A stretch of DNA of 64,000 nucleotides from Adineta vaga (Eukaryota; Animalia; Rotifera). The notes under the pieces were generated by a model that saw only the letters and a list, made by a program, of their open reading frames with translations, was not told where the DNA came from and did not search any database. The stretch is taken from the NCBI GenBank assembly GCA_021613535.1, contig CP075496.1, forward strand, positions 5,766,001 to 5,830,000. The letters run 5' to 3'. This document shows positions 1 through 12,162 of the stretch, in pieces; positions within the stretch are counted from its first letter, which is position 1, and every line of letters starts with the position of its first letter. The translations under genes and the position numbers were made by a program.

Positions 1-1172
1 ACGTAATGAATTAAAATCTTTGAAAGAAGATGCAGCAACATTTGCATCATTACGTGCAATGTTTGCAGCACGTTGTGATGAATATGTTACACAATTAGAT
101 GAACTTCAACGACAAGTTCATGCTGCTGAAGAAGAAAAGAAAACATTAAATTCATTACTTCGTATGGCAATTGAACAAAAACTAGCATTAACACAGAAGC
201 TAGAAGATTTAGAAATGGATAATGAACGTGCACATACGACTGTGACAGTTCCAAAACGAACAAATAATTTAAGTCATACTCTTTCATTAGCTAGTGCGAT
301 AACACCTACTTCAACAGGATCAACAATTGGATTATTAACAACCGTTCCAAATACGAATACTAGCAATAGCAGCAGCAACAACAACGTCAACAACAACCAT
401 AACAACAACAGCAACAATATTATGAATGCCAATCAACTTGTTGGTAATAATGGACAATCTCAAGAAGGAAGACGTGGAAGATTCATACCACCACGAGTAA
501 GTTTTAGGAAATATTTAATTTAAGAAAACACTTCCCATTAGAAATGAATAATATCAAGCAGAGCTTGTATGAATATATGGGAAATAATCTTTTCTCGCTA
601 TCATAGTCTAGTCAATTGTATCTTTTTGGAAAAGAGGTTTGTACAGTTGAAAACGAAAACATATTATTATGACGATTTATATTGGACCTCATTTCTCTCT
701 TATGCATGTTTCAGATGATGCAAGCTCTTGCGTCAAATCGAAATCAACAACTGCAAAACAAACGATAGAGAGATAATCAGTACGATAAAATAAAAATTGA
801 TGTTGCTCTTCATTTGATTTTTCTAATTTCGCTTGATTAAGTTCTAAATTAACATTGATAAAAAAAATGCACTCATAACGAATGACGCATGGTTTGCTCT
901 TTTTCTTTCCAATGATATATTTACAATGAAAAAAAAAACAACAATAAGAATAATAACATTGCACTAAAACGCAATCATCATACATATGAAAAAAAAATCA
1001 AACTTCTATTTGCATGAAAACAGCTGTTTTATTTTGTGTTTGACTTTTTTTCGTTGAAGTAATTATCGAATTGAAATCTAAATCAATATATTCTACTGTT
1101 TAGGGTCGTCAGCATAAAGCATTTATTACTCCAACTTCACATGTTCCTCCATCATCAAAATGGGGTCATTAA
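1..1172 (+). CDS. BicD: Bicaudal-D (dynein adaptor), 3' partial; exon to 496, then terminal exon 1104-1172 (or alternative 715-768)
   Basis: [61 protein letters not shown] is the conserved BicD C-terminal cargo-binding coiled coil. GTAAG donor at 497; in-phase AG acceptors at 713-714 and 1102-1103. Confidence 0.93.
362..418 (+). repeat. (AGC)/(AAC)n low-complexity tract encoding poly-Ser/Asn in the BicD tail
   Basis: Imperfect trinucleotide repeats visible in the sequence. Confidence 0.8.
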
Positions 1173-3474
1173 AATGCATTATTAATCTTCATCTTTTCTG
1201 TGTAAATCAAAACAATATACTTGTGTGCTTTATTCCTTGTTTCTTTTTTTCCGTGATACATTTTTAAAAAAACTATCTCTGTAAATGCTTATATTGCTTT
1301 TCTTTGATCATTCCATACCTGTATCTTATGTTTCCTTTACTCGATAGTTGCTTTGCTAGTAGTTGTTCATTTATTTGTTTTGTTCTTACATTCCATCAAT
1401 TTCATACGTTTTTCTCTTAAATTTAAAGATCTGATTGGTTTTTTTAGCTTGATTTTATCTTTAAAAGTATGATAAACGGAGAGTGAAGATATTCTGTATG
1501 TTTTTTAAAACCACTTGGCACAATTGTATGAGATTGGTTTCTTTCTTTTTTTCTTCTCTTTCCTTGTTTTGTTTTTGTTCTGTTAAATATGTCTCTTGCA
1601 TATATATTTTAGTATAAAAAAACAAAGACAAAAGATACTATGTTAAGCGCATGGAAGATGTTCGAATGTTTTTTTTTGTCTTATTTCTCTCCCTTACACT
1701 CACTCTTTTTTAACTTTTGTTTATTTCTTGTTCCATGGCGATTTCTTCTCTTTTTTTAAATACATGCATTTGGAGAATACAAATGAACGCAGCTATCTCT
1801 GATTTCTATAAACAAAATCAATTGAAGGAATTAAAAATCATATGTATATATATATATATATGTCGATATAGACCATTCATTTTTCAAAATTCGATGGTTT
1901 GATTCTATTCTTCGTTCCAATCGATTAAAATAGTTCTTCATATTCGTAATGTTTATGTATGATAGATGTTGAAATGGCATTCTTAGTTTATCGTCTGTAA
2001 ATGCTCTTAAGCTTCTATTCAGCAAGTTGCACAAATAATGCATTTAGACATACACATGTTAGCTATTCTGTAAGTGATATCTGTTAGTAATATATTCTAA
2101 CGACAATCGATAATTGATGTCGACAATGTTGTTTGTATGATTATGTTCTTCTAATTGACAAAAAGCATCGATCGAAATTAATTGAATTCATTTTAACATA
2201 GAACATTTAGTTTCTTGTTTCTTGTTAATATATATATATATCATCTAGTCTATAATTATCAATCTGTCGAAATTTTATCATAGCTTTTCTGTCATTCGCA
2301 GCATGTATTTGTATAAGCTGTAAAGATAAGGATCAACAAGCAATGAGAAGAAAATCAATCAACCGATAATGGAAAATTGAAAAGCAAATGGCGCCCTCCG
2401 AGTGGACAACTGCTATATATGGTGCCATTCAGACTCGTTATCAGGATTAGAATGACGCTTGATTGACTTCATCATCAGCAACAACAACAGCAGCAGCAGC
2501 TATCCACTTGTGTATATTCTTTTGTTTCATATTTCGTGCACACGACGACAGATGGTCACATGTCCATATATACTCCCATTTCCTGTCGTTCATATATTCG
2601 TTCTCTTTCTCTTTATCGCACACTCTTCACTGTTCATTTAACAAATTCACTATCATAGGCATACATTAAAGATTGAAATCGACTTCCTCTACTCTTTTTG
2701 ATTGATCATCGAGTTCACAGGACGCGTCATTCTTCAAACGATGCTTTGTCGCGTGTCGCCACTCATCAATTGAACAAAAACATGCACATGACGGTCTCAT
2801 GAATAACACTCTGATGAGAGAAACTATACCAGCTGTTGTTCAATACATATAGAGTTTGTCTTAATTGTCTCATATTTCTGTCGTCAACCTGACGCGCACT
2901 ACCGATTTTGAAGACGAAACAATGTTCATGGCGGCACATATGTATGTCGATGTATCAAAACGAATATCTATACAAAAATGGATAGTCGAACAGGACACAC
3001 ACCGGGATAACGCCTCAGGAGTCTTAATACTGTTATCTCTTTCATTAACAATTCAACACTAGTAAAAGAACGAACACGACAACATGACACTATATTATTG
3101 ATAGATATATATATGTATGAGACTTGTATTACTGATAGATGAAGCAAAAGGGACAGGGAGAGAGAGAGAGAAAGAAAAAATACAAATACAGATGGCATCT
3201 TTTCTTTCTTTCCTTTTTTTTCAATTTTTTTCTCTTTGACAGATGTCGAAGAGAGAGAAGTCATATCGTGCTGAGCATTCATTAATGTCATTTGTCAACT
3301 TTCTCTCTCTCTCTCTTTTCTTTCTATCCGTTTTCCTCATTTTATCTTATTCTCCTATTTCTCTTAATTGAGCGACGCGTGCTCACTCGCTTCAGGAAAA
3401 AAAGCCCAATCTTCATCGTCGTTCTCGTCGAACATAGACATTTCCTGGTGAACGAACTCTACAAGAGACGTAAT

Positions 3475-4473
3475 ATGAGTAAAAAAGAAGACGGAGAAGA
3501 ACAGACGATGTTAGCAGGAAAAAGAGATGATGGAAAGAAAAAATTCTTCCAACGACGTCAATGGCTAGAAAAAAGAAGAAAAAGAAAAAGAAAAAGAAGA
3601 AACAACATCATCATCGACCAGAATCAGAAACATCGGAACGTTAGTAATGGTGGTAGCCATAGAAGTACGGTTCGATCTGTGCCAACTTCTATTCTACCAC
3701 CATTATGTTGGTCTTCAACAAGTTTAATGTGTCATCTTCAAAGTGAACATATTTCTCATCGAAATTGTTTGGATAGTCAATGGAAGTGGTCGAAAATTAT
3801 TTCAACTGAATCAACAACAACAATTTTACTAGATAATAATCGACAAATATTATTCCATCCAAGAACAAGTTCATCTACCCAAGTTATTCTTGGTGATCAA
3901 CCATTGCCATCGAATGGAAAACATTATTGGGAAATCTTTATGCCTGCTGTATATGGAACATCCATTATGTTTGGTATTGCTAGTAAGTTATTAATAAATT
4001 TAATATATATTTATATAGCTTTTGGTTATAAAATAATTATTTTAGCTAATAAACAACAATTAATATCATCGTCATTTACAAATTTAATTGGAATTGATCA
4101 ACACGGTTGGGGATTATCACACCGTGGTTTATTATGGCATAATGGTATTTCACATCAATACTTATCTCAACCAATTGAATCACTACAACCCATTCTAATT
4201 GGTTTAGAATTTGATGCTGATGAACGAACACTTTCATATACAGTTAACAATCAATCCATTGGTATTGCATTTCGTGATATTCCAAATAATGTTTTACTCT
4301 ATCCAGCAGTATCATCGACAAGTGCACAAAGTACTATGATATTGAAACATCGATGTAAAATATGTTCAACTTTACGTGAAATTTGTTTGAAATCTATAAA
4401 ATCATCAGAATTAAAAGAAGAATTTTCCTATCAATTGTTACCTCGTCATTTAATTGAACAATTGATGAAGTAA
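3475..4473 (+). CDS. SPSB3: SPRY domain/SOCS-box protein, SPSB3-like; one 63-nt intron 3983-4045; true start uncertain
   Basis: ILFHP..SSST..ILGDQPL..GKHYWEI...VYGTSIMFGI, LIGIDQHGWGLSHRGLLWHNG, LYPAVSSTSAQS and a C-terminal TLREIC..LP SOCS box all match SPSB3. The ORF track reads through an in-frame GTAAG..TTTAG intron. Confidence 0.85.
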   Translation: MSKKEDGEEQTMLAGKRDDGKKKFFQRRQWLEKRRKRKRKRRNNIIIDQNQKHRNVSNGGSHRSTVRSVPTSILPPLCWSSTSLMCHLQSEHISHRNCLDSQWKWSKIISTESTTTILLDNNRQILFHPRTSSSTQVILGDQPLPSNGKHYWEIFMPAVYGTSIMFGIASKLLINLIYIYIAFGYKIIILANKQQLISSSFTNLIGIDQHGWGLSHRGLLWHNGISHQYLSQPIESLQPILIGLEFDADERTLSYTVNNQSIGIAFRDIPNNVLLYPAVSSTSAQSTMILKHRCKICSTLREICLKSIKSSELKEEFSYQLLPRHLIEQLMK

Positions 4474-6093
4474 GAACAGTGTATTATTATTATTATTATT
4501 GATGTCTAATTCATTGTCGTCATATTGTGCAAGTTTTCAGTTCTTTTTCTTTTCTGTTTTCTTTTCTTATGGCCGAGGTCGAGAATGTGCAATGCTCAAC
4601 ATATGTACAAAAAAAAAAGACTAGCATTGTAAATTGAATGTTCGTCTATTCTTTTCTTTTCTTTTCACATTCCTTACAAACACATTTTTGTCGTCGTTGT
4701 TTGTTCTCCTCCTCCTCTGTTCATTCCGAAATAATCAAAACAAAATAAGTTTTAAATATTTTTCTTGATGTTGTTATTTATGTATTATGATATTTATTGA
4801 TTTCGTTTCTTTTCTTTTCTTCAAAAACGAGTGCCATCTAGTCAAATGAGATGTTCATGCACAACGTTCATTTCTGTACAAATTGTCTTGTGTTTGTTTG
4901 CTTTCTTTTTTTTTTCATATTCGTACATATATATATTATTTGTCTTGACGAGCCAAGAAAAAACAAAGATATTTAAATAAATATAAATTATCATTTTAAT
5001 CACGAAATAGAACAGATATTTTCATGGTTTATTTATACGATACATAGCACAATTAGAAAGAAAGTGCATGGGAATCGTACAGAAGGATTAATTGATTATC
5101 CAACAAGGGAAAATAAATTGTTTATGTATCAGTTGTTACATTCTGCCTCGGTGACCTATGATAACGATGATAGAATTGAAAAGAATAATAGATACTACCA
5201 TTATGAATTTAGAATGTATCATAGCAATGATGTAAATATCAATGAACAATTTGAATCATAAAATAATTTCTTTGAGATTTATTAAATTTTCAATAGGAAA
5301 GTTTCTAATCTACATTTCATTCGTAATTTTCACAAATTGATTACTTGAGAATTTTATCAATGAACATAGATAAAACTGATTCGTTGCAATCAACTATACA
5401 AAATAAACTATAGACTGTTATTTAATAGATATTTATACATCTGGTAATCTGCTGCAACAGAGAATCGAACGATAAGAATATCCCTTGTCATTAGAAAAAA
5501 AAGTCCTTAGGGTATGAATAGAATAGTAATTTTCGATTTTTCTCTCCTGGGAAGAATAAATGAATCTTTCATGTAATGAAACTAGCAAGAATATTTTAAC
5601 TATAGCTAATTTAACTTCAGAAATATCGAAGCCTTTTATGAATGTTAGTCATGTAAAATCTTACTAAATAAAAGTAACGAACAAATTCTCAACTTAATGG
5701 TCACAGAAGCCGTATAAACATCATTATAAATTGACAATCACATCATATATGGCATTTAGTTATCGGTAAACAAAATGATGATTGTGCTACATCGTTCTTG
5801 AAATATTCATTGATAAAGTATCATGACATTCATCAACATATCGATACAAGGATAACATCTGACAATCTATTGTTTTCTGTATTTTCATCTTAGTTATGAT
5901 AATTTGAAACATAAATTCTGGTTTATGTATTCGACCAAAAAAAGCATCTGTTAATTTATAGAGAAAAAAATCATTTATTTACATGAAGCATCTGTAAAGT
6001 TCGTTGTTGATGTCATTAAAATTTCGACGCCCTTATTTATTATCGTTCGTCAACAAAAACTACATTTAATTTTATTCTTTTCATTCAATAGAA

Positions 6094-8968
6094 ATGATAT
6101 TCTTTGGTGCTAAAAAACGTAAAATTGTCACGCCTATTCAAGAACAAGTTTGTATCGAAGAACTTAGCTATAGAAAGATAAAAGCTTATAAGTATTCATT
6201 TAGAATCCAAATACACTATTCCGTGAACATATCTTGAGAAAGACTAATGCATCAAATTTACTTGTAACAGAATACGATACTATCGAAAGAAAAAAACCAA
6301 CTTCATTTTGGAAACGAGATCTGATTATTCCTCGATGGTTATTATTAACATTAGTTTCAATAGCAGTCATTCTATTTGCAGCATTCGCTTTATTTACAGC
6401 AATTGTAACATTGAAAAAAGAAACGAATGAAGGACCATGTAAAACAAATTCCGATTGCCGTCAAGATCTGGGTTTGATTTGTAATAATTATCGTTGTGGT
6501 TGTGCTTATTCACATTTTTGGAGTGGAGAATATTTTCTTTGTGAACGAAGACGAATGATTAATCGAACATGTACAAATGATTCCATGTGTGATTCTATGG
6601 CTGAATTAAAATGTCAAAATGTTACACAAAGGTAAATGAAAAGAAGAATTTATATGGAAATAATTTCTAATCTATTAGCAATGGAAATATTGAAAGTCAA
6701 TGTCAATGTGAAGCATCGACGACATGGAATGGAGTAAAAGTAAGTACACTATCGATTTGTTAATTGAAATAACATTCAATTCATATTCATTTGCATTGAG
6801 AAAACATATGGTTGCGAATCTTTTCTGTAGAAGTTTCAATAATAATGTTGATTTATAGTGTTTATTAATAAATCGATTCAACGCTCAGTGAATATTGTTC
6901 ATTGAATGTACAGTTGTATAAGAGTAGTCGAATATAAAGAATAAATTGTGTCAAATTTTTTCTTGTTCGAGGATTTATTTTATTTCTAGTGTGGTCCTCA
7001 AGGTATTTACAATGATCCATGTCTAATGGATGCTAATTGTGATTATAGTCGTTTTTTATTTTGTAATCTAACATTACAACTTTGTCGGTGTAATACATCC
7101 ATGTTTTGGAATGGAGATTTAACTTTAAAAGCAGGTACATGTGAATATAAACGAACGGTTGGACAATATTGCTATCCATATGATGATAATTGGTGTGATG
7201 ATATTGCACCTATTGGTCAAGGTCTTCATTGTACTCAATATTCGAATCCATATGAAAGTGCTTATGGTAAATAACAAAGTTTGTTCAATAGAAATATATA
7301 ATAGTTTCGGCCAATTTTTTAGGTATATGTCAATGTACAACAAATGAATTTTATAATGGTAGTGCCTTATTAGCAAATGGATTTTGTATCCCACATCATG
7401 TATATAATGAATCATGTACATCAACGTCTAATTGTGATTACCGAAGAAATTTAACGTGTTTAAATAATCTTTGTTTATGTGCACCAGGAAAAAATTATGA
7501 TTCAACAATTGTCAGTAATGGTGTAACGGGTGTGTTGTACCTGCTGCTGGTTATCGTGATAATTGTAGTTCTGCTATTCTTTGTAGTACATCGCAAAATC
7601 TTTATTGTGATTTTTCCTATTATGGCGGAGCAAATACAACAGGTATATGTTTGTGTAATAATTCTTGGTCATATTGGGATGGATTAATATGTACGAGAAA
7701 ACTTTCCGTTGGTGGTGAATGTTCGAATAATACACAATGTATATCATCCGATGGTCTCTTCTGTAGTAATTATTCTCAGTCGATTGGTACATGTGATTGT
7801 GATAAAAATCATTATTGGAATAATACATGTGTGCAGAAGAAGTGGTTTAATGAATCTTGTTCAACATCATATATTTGTGATGATAATCGTGGTTTACAAT
7901 GTCAAGGTACAGGTGGTGCTTTATTTGAAAAATGTGATTGTTATAATATAAGTTTTATTTGGGATTCATTATATGTTACTAATCGATCTCAGACATGTAT
8001 AAAGAAGCTAACAAATGATCAATCGACCTGCTATGGTGATTTAGAATGTGAAGATTTCAATTATTTAGTATGTACGAATGGTACATGTAAATGTGAATAT
8101 ATAGATTATTGGGATGGTAGTCGATGTCAAGCAAAACGAAATTACACTAATCCATGTGATAATACGACTCAATGTCGAGATTTTTCACCTGTCGATTTAA
8201 TTTGTCGACCTGGCCCAACAGCATCAAATGCATTACAATGTCTTTGCAGTTTAACTTCATATTGGGAAGATTGTCTTCAAGCATGTGTTGTTTCAAAAAA
8301 AGTAAAATATAGAACAGTTTCTTTTTTCAATTTAAATGATTTCTTTTTAGCGTCATCAACCATGTACACTTGTATCGAATTGTTCAAGTAATGAATGTGA
8401 TCAAACTGCTAATTTACAATGTTTGAATGATAGTATTTCAAATCAAACAGCATCTGGATGGTGGTATGTAATTGAAATAGATTAAATAGTTTGAACATTC
8501 GCATAATGATTTCTTTAGTAATTGTACTTCTTTACAATGGTGGAATGGAACATACTGCCGAGATAAAGGCATACCAGCTTGGGGAAATAATGCTAGTGCA
8601 ATATGTAATGCTACATATCAATGTGCCGATTATAATTTAGTTTCATGTCCACTTGCTTCTACTTGTGAATGTGCGACAACTAAATATTGGGTATGTATGA
8701 ATTCTAGTTTTTAATATATGTAATCTTAGTGAATTTATTTTTGAAAATCAATGTTTAGAATGGCGTAACGTGTTTAGATCGAGTAATAGTTAATGAGTCT
8801 TGTACATGGTGGCAGAATTCACCAGTAAATACAACAACATGTTTAAGTGCTGCTGGTGCTGGTCTACTTTGTAACAGTTCAAGCTGTACTTTAGGAGTCT
8901 GTACAGGTGGTTTTTGTTATTGTCCTTCGGGTAAAAACTGGAATTCTATATTTCGTATATGTGTTTAA
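6094..8968 (+). CDS. Multi-exon type II membrane protein with many Cys-rich (EB-module/EGF-like) repeats; apparent frameshift near 7531
   Basis: N-terminal hydrophobic segment WLLLTLVSIAVILFAAFALFTAIV, then repeated C-x5-C...L-x-C...C-x-C...W-N/D-G..C units across short-intron-separated exons; stop TAA at 8966-8968. Confidence 0.75.
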
Positions 8969-9645
8969 ACAACCAGTGAGTTTAAAAAGTGGATTCTAAT
9001 ATTTTCCTTAAACGCTTTTTTTGTATTTTCAGACTTTAACTGCTTTATATAAAATCACTGACATTTGAATATTGCTTGTAATTCATATTTTGAGAATCCT
9101 TTTTTTCAATATATAGAAAAAGTGAATCTATATCGATTTCAATATCAATACATATCTGAACTGCTAAAACAACATCAAACATAACAGACTAACTCTGTAC
9201 ATAATCTATCGGCACATTCTTTTTTGAAATTTCTCATGTGATGGGGCTGAGCTGTCTCAATCATACTCCTGGTATCGATATCTTACGCTTGAATAGATCT
9301 CATGTGTTTCCTCGTATTGTGTGCAAATTCACATTCTTTCAATCAAAACAAATAACTTAATTTTCGGAGATTTCGATAGTAGAATTTAAATTGCAAATAA
9401 TTATTTCACTAAACTCATATACACTACACTTGTTAGCGTCCTCTACTTAAAAATTATTCTGATTGGTTTAAATTTTTCATCGCTTGTCTTTTAAATCAAA
9501 TGTATACGAACGAACGAGTCGACGATAAACTGATTGCCTGAGTGGTCAACACGACAAGACAAAGAACGATAAGGAAAAAGAAACAAGAAAACAAATAATC
9601 CTACATTTAATTATCTTACCTTTTCAGTAAACTATATTATAATAG

Positions 9646-11723
9646 ATGAGTATGTAATTTTGTCTTACCTGTGTTTTATGTTACTTTATAAATCGTGTTT
9701 TCTTTTTGTCAACAATAGACATATGACAATGAATTCGGATAAAATATTTTCTTGGGTAAAAGATTTTAAAGATTTTTGGTTACCACAAAATATTCCCAAT
9801 AATCGCCATTTATTTGAATTAATCACAAATAAATTCAATGAACTCGAATATTTACTCAATCGTAAGTACAGAAATTTATTTTCAAGGAAAGCACAAAAAT
9901 CTAACAACTTGTTTTTTTCCCAATAGGAAATACTCAACATGAAAACCAATCATCAATAGTTAATACATATCAATATGATCATCCGAATACTATAGAACAA
10001 GTTGACCTTTCAACACAACAAGCACCGGAATGTTCATTGCCAACATTACCAGACCGAAACAATCATATTGATGAAAATATTGAAAATCGAGAACAATTCT
10101 ATCGACCAGCTATTCGTATTAAACGTATTCCATTGGCTGAAGCCGAACTTTTCCTACCAGAAGGATGGAAACTTAGTAAAAAAAGATCTTTGGCATTATC
10201 GATTTTTTGTATAAAAAGAAAATGAACTTTCATTTTAGCTAAGTCGAAACGTGGCCGAAAGAAGGGGCAGAAAAAATCAGCAACAATCAATTCGAATGCA
10301 AATCCAATTAAAAAAAGTCCACGAAAAATCAAAGTACCTTTAGCATCAACTCAGGATGCAAATACAAGCGAAGGTAAGTATTTTTATTGAAACATTTTTC
10401 TATATGTGAAAGAAAAATAAAGCAGTTAAATAAGCAGATTTGATTTTCATAGCATTGGCCATTCTAAACATGTCGTATAATTGCAAAGCAATTTATCAAT
10501 CGTTTGTGTTATAGCTAGTTTTTCTTTATAAACTTAAATTTCAGCTGATGTTCTAGATCCTTCCTCTCATAATTGTATGGGTGAAATCGTGTGTAAAACA
10601 AAATTTCTTTAGTTGTCAAGACAATATTTTTCTTATTTTCTACCCTAGTAGACAACACTCAAGGTCGCTGTCGGCGGAAAGAACACTCGTAAAAATACTA
10701 TCTGCTAAAAGAATTTAAATGAGAAAATAAATATGTAAAATTAAGAAACCGTAGGATCTTGTTTATGTCATCAACAATTTATTATTACGCACATCATTTT
10801 TTTTCTTCATTTCTAAGAATTGAAATGTGCATAATCAAGGGATTTTTCTCAAATTTATTAATAGAACATAGAGAAAAGAAAATGAATTAATTCATATAAT
10901 GTGAAGTTTCATGCGTATGTTAAGTAGATAAAGTATGATTTTACTGAGTATAACAAAATATGGCAGTAAAATAATCCTTGTTTGAATAACAATAGACTAA
11001 GGTTTTGTCATGATTAAACTCGATAGTCTATGAAGTATTTTACTTATTTATTGTTTAGTTTCAAACAATGTACGAAAATCTGCTCGAACAAAAAAGAGTA
11101 CAAAATATGAATCAGCGTTATCTTTATTGAGCATTCCATCGACTAATGGTGATCAGAAGAAATGTCGACGAAAATTACGAGCTATGGATGGTGAAGATGA
11201 TGATTTGTTTACATTAGGAAATCTGTCTCAAACAAATCATACAAATGGTGATATCGATTGTGAACAAGTACCACGTTTTATTGGTCAGAATGGGATTTTA
11301 TCTCAAACACGTAAACTTAATGAAACAACAACATTATCTACATTTGATGATGATTTTACAATGAAATCACAATCACAAAAAACAAATATCGATGAAACAT
11401 TATCAAATCATCATTTCAATGAAAATAATACTCATACAATCGTTCCCGATGCACCCGTTGCAGAACCAATGAATATTCTTGAGGATGTAAGTGCAACTGA
11501 ACGCGAACAAATGTATCAAGATGTTGTAGAAACCGATGACAATGATTCGTTATTTACTTCACTTGAACTTACACGTGATAAAACGCAAGAACCAACTTCA
11601 GCTGTGAATAATCATTCAATTATTAATTATAATGATTGTATTGAAGACATATCTAACGATGGTGTGGATCCTCCTCCTTCATCTTCATCACCTAATTTAG
11701 CTTATTTTTCACTAACGACATAA
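9646..11723 (+). CDS. Uncharacterised multi-exon, largely disordered protein with basic motifs (RPAIRIKRI, KSKRGRKKG); probably nuclear
   Basis: Phase-consistent exons ~9719-9861, 9927-10175, 10239-10372, 11059-11723 with GT-AG introns. U-rich 3'UTR with AATAAA at 12057. No family recognised. Confidence 0.6.
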
Positions 11724-12162
11724 AGGTAAAAGCAAAACAGTTACATAAATACAATTTTTACGACTTAAAAAACTTTTCGTTTGATTTTCTTTTATATTAT
11801 GCTTCACTTGTTGGTTTGTTTTTTCTCGAAGATGATCTTGATTATTGTCTGTGTTCTCTGTAGTGTATATTTCTGTTTTGGTGTTCGATGGATGGGCTTT
11901 CAGTTTATTCTTCTTTTTTTTGTCTTCTCTCATAACAAATGTATTATCCATGAAGTGTTTTTACATGATAGTTATACGAGAGAACGAAATAAAGTTGGGA
12001 ACGAGTTATTTTCTTTCGTTCGTTTTTGCTTTTTCTTCTTGTATATTAATTGAAATAATAAAATTCATTTTTTGAAAACAAAAGAAAAATCATCTTCTTA
12101 TAAACAAAAAAGATGAATATATTCTCTTTCATTTTAGGCCATACACGTTTATTCTTAGATCT

